Positions 59,435 to 64,000 of a stretch of 64,000 nucleotides of DNA are shown piece by piece. Origin of the DNA: Candidatus Parcubacteria bacterium (lineage in GTDB: Bacteria; Patescibacteriota; Patescibacteriia; UBA1558; GWA2-36-10); contig JABHSK010000001.1 in assembly GCA_018669975.1 (NCBI GenBank), positions 24,394-88,393 of the forward strand, written 5' to 3'. Position 1 is the stretch's first letter; every line of letters begins with the position of its first letter. Position numbers and translations under genes: made by a program. Below the pieces are notes generated by a model. That model was given only the letters and a program-made list of their open reading frames with translations. It had not been told where the DNA came from and did no database searches.

Positions 59435-59600
59435 GTTGCCTCCTTTAAATATTTATCAACTACTTGGGAATTTGATCAGCATCATATATAAACATATTGC
59501 CTAATCTTTGTCAATGGTTATTGCCTTTTAAAATTACTGTGTTAAGCTGTAAAATGTTAGTCCCCAACCGACAATGTACTTTAAAAGAAAGGATTAAGTT

Positions 59601-60947
59601 ATGTGGAAAAAAGGCGATGTATTAGTGGAGGGTAAAACCAAAAGAATCTTCGATGCAGAAGCTACTCACACCGATACCAAGCACTCGGGTCATCCTGTAA
59701 TAGTAGAAAGTAAGCCGGATATCACGGCTTTCGATGATCCCACAAAAACCAAACAAATTGAGGCCAAGGCAGCCTTTGCCACCTCTACAACCTGCCGAGT
59801 GTTTGAACTATTAAAAGCTGCTGGTATTCCAGTAGCTTACTATCAGCAAGTCTCCCCTACTGAATTTCTAGCTGAACAATGTACTATGATTCCGCTAGAA
59901 ATGGTGGCTAGGCGATATGCAGTAGGTAGTTATCTCAAACGTCATCCAGAACTAGTTTGTAAAGAAGACGAGCAACCGCATCGTTTTCACAAATTAGTTT
60001 GTGAATTTTTCCTGAAAACTACCCGCGGTGAATTGATTCTGCCAGATGGAACTCGCCTAGTCGAAGGTCTAAAACCAGAGGCTGGTGAAGAAGATCCTTT
60101 TATCGCCAATCCAATGGCTATGAACTGGAAACTTTCTCATCCTAAGTTACCCGCCTGGGTAGCAGAAGCCGATCTAAATATGAGCGTCAATCCCAATGCC
60201 ATTCTTCCTGGAACTCTAGGTAGCTCCAAAGAGCGCACCCACCAGATAGTAGATTACCTACAGCGTGTCTTCTTAGTTCTAGAAGGTGCCTGGACTACTC
60301 TGGGTCTACGATTGATCGATATGAAGATCGAATTCGGCATAGACTCTGCTGGTCAACTACGTGTAGCTGATGTCATTGACAATGACAGTTGGCGTCTACG
60401 CACCCATGACTGGGAAGAACTCAGTAAGCAGGCTTTCCGCGATGGCGAAAGCTTGGATGAGGTCGAGCTCAAATACGGAACAGTGGCTGGACTAGTTGAA
60501 AGATTCCGGATTCCTAACCAGGCACTTATCTGCTGGCGTGGATCACTCAGTGATGATATCAAGGGTCCATCAACATCTACCATTCCTGGTATCACTATCG
60601 ATTATGTAACCATGTCTGGACACAAGTCCACTCAAGCATGCCTAATCGAACTGGAAAGAATCATGGGTAAATACCCTGACGGTGGCGTCATAGTGGTCAA
60701 GGTCGGTCGAAGTAATGGTCTAGGACCAATCCTAGCCGCTCACACCACCTGGCCTGTCATCGCCGTCCCCGCTACTATGGATTCTTTTCCTGCTGACGCT
60801 TGGAGTAGCATCCGCATGCCCTCTCATGTTCCTTTAGCAACAGTTTGGCCAGAAAAAAATGCCATCGAATTGGCTCTCAATATTCTGGCACGAACAAACC
60901 CATTGGTATATGCATTGCGCCAACGGGAAATTGAAGATCTAGATTAA
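59601..60947 (+). CDS. Bifunctional PurC-PurE fusion (SAICAR synthetase N-terminal, AIR carboxylase-like C-terminal; PAICS-like architecture).
   Basis: N-terminus: GKTKRIFD, MIPLEMVARRYAVGSYLKR, LIDMKIEFGID (PurC). C-terminus: GSLSDD, SGHKST, GLGPILAAHTTWPVIAVP (PurE-like). About 50% GC. Confidence 0.7.
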   Translation: MWKKGDVLVEGKTKRIFDAEATHTDTKHSGHPVIVESKPDITAFDDPTKTKQIEAKAAFATSTTCRVFELLKAAGIPVAYYQQVSPTEFLAEQCTMIPLEMVARRYAVGSYLKRHPELVCKEDEQPHRFHKLVCEFFLKTTRGELILPDGTRLVEGLKPEAGEEDPFIANPMAMNWKLSHPKLPAWVAEADLNMSVNPNAILPGTLGSSKERTHQIVDYLQRVFLVLEGAWTTLGLRLIDMKIEFGIDSAGQLRVADVIDNDSWRLRTHDWEELSKQAFRDGESLDEVELKYGTVAGLVERFRIPNQALICWRGSLSDDIKGPSTSTIPGITIDYVTMSGHKSTQACLIELERIMGKYPDGGVIVVKVGRSNGLGPILAAHTTWPVIAVPATMDSFPADAWSSIRMPSHVPLATVWPEKNAIELALNILARTNPLVYALRQREIEDLD

Positions 60948-61106
60948 ATAGGTCATCAAGACCATCCCCTCGGGGATGGGTTTTTATTAATAAAAAACCC
61001 GCCAAGGAAAGGACCTGCTTTGAAAAGAGCCGAGTATCCGAACTAGTGTCCGGCGGTCTTTCATTAGCAATGATCACAGTCTCAGCGGGCAATCCCTATA
61101 AAGGAG

Positions 61107-62717
61107 CTAATTTTTTATACTAGCCTTAATAAAGCTTTTAAATAATGGATGTGGTCTCAGTGGCCTAGATTTGAATTCTGGATGGAATTGAGAAGCTACA
61201 AAATATGGATGATCTTTTAACTCAATAACCTCTACCAAACGTTTGTCTGGTGATAAACCAGCAAATCTCATACCACCTGCTTCCAGTTGCTCACGATATT
61301 CATTATTAAACTCATACCTGTGTCTATGACGCTCTGAAATCTTTGGAGTACCATACGCTTTATAACTTAGCGAATCCTTGGATAAAACGCAAGGATAGGC
61401 TCCCAACCTCAAAGTACCACCTTTATCTTCATCGGCAGTATGACCAGGTAATATATGAATGACTGGATTGGTAGTTTTACTATCAAATTCTGTAGAATTG
61501 GCGTCTTCGGTGCCTAAAATGTGTCGGGCAAACTCTATGGTCGCAACTTGCATACCCAAACAAAGACCTAGGTAAGGCAATTTGTGTTCTCGGCAGTATT
61601 TAGCAGCCATAATTTTACCCTCTACTCCTCGATAACCAAAACCACCGGGCACTACTATACCAGAAACTTTTTTGAATTTGTTTATTTCTTTACGATCTTT
61701 CTTTTCCAATTTACTAGCATGGATCCAAGTTAAGTCTAATTTAACTCCATTATGATAGCAGGCGGACTTGAGTGCCTCCACTACACTAATATAGGCATCA
61801 ATATTCTCATTGTATTTACCAACCAAGCCGATGGATAATTTCTTTTTGGTAGTTTTAATTCTTTTGACGTAGGCCTCCCACTTATCGAGCTTTGGCTTTC
61901 TCTTGGGTAACTTCATTTTGTCAAAAAGAATGTCAGAAATCTTGTACTTTTTTTCAAAATATAACGGCACCTCATAAATACTTTTAACAGTCAACGCTGG
62001 AATAACTGATCGTTCATCAAGATCGGCAAACATAGCGATCTTATGAAGATCCTCTTTTTTAACCGCCTTATCACTTCTTGCTAAAATTATATCTGGCTGA
62101 ATACCACGTCGATGCAATTCTCTAACTGACATCTGAGTTGGTTTAGTCTTTAGCTCCTGTGATGCTTTAAGAAATGGTAATAAAGTTAAATGAATAAATA
62201 ATACATTCTCATGTCCCATCTCATTGTGAAACTGACGTAAAGCTTCTAAAAATGGCTCACCTTCAATATCACCGACTGTACCCCCTATCTCTGCTAACAA
62301 AAAATCAGCCTTTGATTCATCAGCTGCTTTCCTAATATAATCTTTTATTTCGTTAGTAATATGAGGGACAATTTGAATAGTTTTCCCTAAATAAACTCCA
62401 CTTCTTTCACCTTGCAATACTTTTTCATAGACACGTCCAGTGGTCAGATTAGATAGTTTGGATAGGTTACTGTCAATAAATCTTTCGTAGTGACCTAAAT
62501 CTAGATCTGTTTCTGTACCATCATCGGTTACAAATACTTCACCATGTTGAAATGGGCTCATAGTACCAGGATCGATATTTAAATACGGATCTAGCTTTGC
62601 ACTAAAAACTGAGTATCCTGCTGAACGCAAAATAGCTCCGATCGATGCGGATGCTATACCCTTTCCCAAACCGGAGCAAACACCGCCGGTAATAAAAATG
62701 TATTTCGTTTTGGACAT
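61107..62717 (-). CDS. pyrG: CTP synthase.
   Basis: YIFITGGVCSGLGKG N-terminus and a glutamine amidotransferase C-terminus (GLCLGMQ). Confidence 0.9.
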   Translation of the reverse strand: MSKTKYIFITGGVCSGLGKGIASASIGAILRSAGYSVFSAKLDPYLNIDPGTMSPFQHGEVFVTDDGTETDLDLGHYERFIDSNLSKLSNLTTGRVYEKVLQGERSGVYLGKTIQIVPHITNEIKDYIRKAADESKADFLLAEIGGTVGDIEGEPFLEALRQFHNEMGHENVLFIHLTLLPFLKASQELKTKPTQMSVRELHRRGIQPDIILARSDKAVKKEDLHKIAMFADLDERSVIPALTVKSIYEVPLYFEKKYKISDILFDKMKLPKRKPKLDKWEAYVKRIKTTKKKLSIGLVGKYNENIDAYISVVEALKSACYHNGVKLDLTWIHASKLEKKDRKEINKFKKVSGIVVPGGFGYRGVEGKIMAAKYCREHKLPYLGLCLGMQVATIEFARHILGTEDANSTEFDSKTTNPVIHILPGHTADEDKGGTLRLGAYPCVLSKDSLSYKAYGTPKISERHRHRYEFNNEYREQLEAGGMRFAGLSPDKRLVEVIELKDHPYFVASQFHPEFKSRPLRPHPLFKSFIKASIKN

Positions 62718-62725
62718 ACTACTTT

Positions 62726-63172
62726 TTATTCTGCTTTAATGTTTATATAAAATGAAATTGTTTTACTATTAGGTAAGTTTAAAAATACCTCATGACGCCC
62801 CAGTGTTTTAATAACCGAAGAATTTTTAAACCACTTTGTATTAATATCTAAACTAAAATTATTTTTAATCTCTACAACAATATCTTTAATACTTACTCCT
62901 TTGAACAATGTTTCTTTATCTGAAACTTTACGGCTAAAGCCAATGGTCTGCTTACTTAAAGTCTTAACTACCTTTTGATATTCATCTGACTGCTCTTGAA
63001 CTTGTTGTTGAGCCTTGGCTTCTTTGGCTTGTATAGCGCCAACATTAACTGAAGTAGCCAAAGCAACTTTTTTCTGAGGAATTAAATAGTTAATAGCATA
63101 GCCATCAGACACCTCTTTAATATCCCCTTTTACTCCCAATGATTTAATTGTTTCTAATAAAACTACCTTCAT
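62726..63172 (-). CDS. rplI: 50S ribosomal protein L9.
   Basis: MKVVLLETIKSLGVKGDIKEVSDGYAINYLIP. Confidence 0.85.
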   Translation of the reverse strand: MKVVLLETIKSLGVKGDIKEVSDGYAINYLIPQKKVALATSVNVGAIQAKEAKAQQQVQEQSDEYQKVVKTLSKQTIGFSRKVSDKETLFKGVSIKDIVVEIKNNFSLDINTKWFKNSSVIKTLGRHEVFLNLPNSKTISFYINIKAE

Positions 63173-64000
63173 AATCCTAAAAATAATTCTTTAGCCTTAT
63201 CTAATTGTGGATCTAAATCGTTGTTATAATCATCAAAGGTCAAATCAACCTCTGTATCTGGCTCAATTCCTTCCATGTCGATAGTCCTACCATTTGGTGT
63301 TAACCATCTAGCCACAGTCAATTTAATTGAGGAATCATCCTTGAGTGAAATCAACTGCTGCACGGAACCCTTACCAAAAGTCTTCTTACCTACTAAAAAT
63401 GCCTTACCGTAATCCTGCAAAGCGCCAGCTACAATCTCTGCGGCTGAAGCTGAGCCCTCATTAACTAAAATTATAGTATCAAAATCTGCCAAACTTATCT
63501 TTTTTGATGCTTTATAATCTTTATCACTACGTTTATCACTAAAGGTCTCTCTAACAACTACTTGTTTTGGATCTAACCAATAACTAGTGATTTCTACAGC
63601 AATATGTAGTAAACCACCTGGATTATTTCTTAAATCTAAAATAATACCCTTAGGATTATCGTTAAGTACTTTTTGAGCTACTTTAGCAAAACGATCTTCT
63701 GTGTCATTGTTAAAATGAGTCAAATCAATAATAGCAATATCATCTTCTAGTCTATAAACTACGCTGGGTATATCGATTTTATCTCGGATAATTGATATTT
63801 CTTTAGTGTCGCCCTCATCTTTAGAATAAATAGTTAATACCACCTTGGTATCCTTTTCACCTCGAATCAAATTAACTGCTTCGGTAACTGAAATATTACC
63901 CGTATCAACACCGTCAACAGCTAAAATTTGATCTCCTGATTTAAGACCCGCTCTAGCTGCTGGCGTACCATCTAGGGGTGCAATAATTACCAGGGTACCG
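63169..64000 (-). CDS. C-terminal processing (tail-specific, S41) peptidase; 5' part beyond the window edge.
   Basis: S41 catalytic region (GGLLHIAVEITS, KKTFGKGSVQ). The frame stays open upstream of the annotated Met into a PDZ-like sequence (GLKSGDQILAVDG) up to position 64000. Confidence 0.75.
   Translation of the reverse strand, partial: GTLVIIAPLDGTPAARAGLKSGDQILAVDGVDTGNISVTEAVNLIRGEKDTKVVLTIYSKDEGDTKEISIIRDKIDIPSVVYRLEDDIAIIDLTHFNNDTEDRFAKVAQKVLNDNPKGIILDLRNNPGGLLHIAVEITSYWLDPKQVVVRETFSDKRSDKDYKASKKISLADFDTIILVNEGSASAAEIVAGALQDYGKAFLVGKKTFGKGSVQQLISLKDDSSIKLTVARWLTPNGRTIDMEGIEPDTEVDLTFDDYNNDLDPQLDKAKELFLGL

Noticed and set aside
59100-59460. SRP RNA or tmRNA in the GC-rich spacer
   Set aside because: There are superficial resemblances (GGTCAGGAAGCA, a TTCTAAT T-loop-like string). 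The conserved helix-8 or tRNA-like domains cannot be assembled, so the region is left as an unassigned transcript or ORF candidate.

Overview
This 64 kb window is AT-rich (about 35% GC by eye) and densely packed. Its gene content looks like a reduced-genome CPR/Patescibacteria-type bacterium. From 1 to about 53.4 kb nearly every gene is on the minus strand. This stretch holds recognisable housekeeping and envelope genes: secDF, ddl, uppS, a [FeFe]-hydrogenase operon (hydA plus a NuoF-like flavoprotein), dnaX, lepA, murJ, an envelope-glycan cluster (DUF4012-like protein, four GT4 glycosyltransferases, a WbaP-like sugar transferase), RNase P RNA, mreB-greA-mrdA-mreD-mreC-mreB, proS, rseP, frr, holB, rnhA, recJ, ackA-pduL, a PfkB kinase, a TrmH-family methyltransferase, pyrG and rplI. 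A VirB4/TraC-like ATPase sits near a VirB2/TrbC-like pilin candidate, and a second VirB4-like paralog is cut by the left window edge. From about 53.4 to 61.0 kb there is a compositionally distinct GC-rich segment (roughly 45-57% GC) that looks horizontally acquired. It carries an SPFH/band-7 lipoprotein with a small membrane partner, a 2H (LigT-like) phosphoesterase, a standalone receiver-like protein, a GIN/DUF2807 repeat protein, a divergent HD-GYP-like protein, a second tRNA-Gln copy with a different anticodon plus a tRNA 3' fragment, and a PurC-PurE (PAICS-like) fusion. The most unusual signals are inside this segment. The first is two tandem copies of a 51-nt structured-RNA core with a covarying helix, each followed by its own intrinsic terminator, just upstream of the receiver gene; this is a candidate tandem riboswitch. 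The second is two paralogous 21-codon hydrophobic ORFs ending in FWWLRK, each followed by a conserved compound hairpin. No CRISPR array, transposase or integrase was recognised. All calls rest on reading the translations and DNA by eye; no database search was run.
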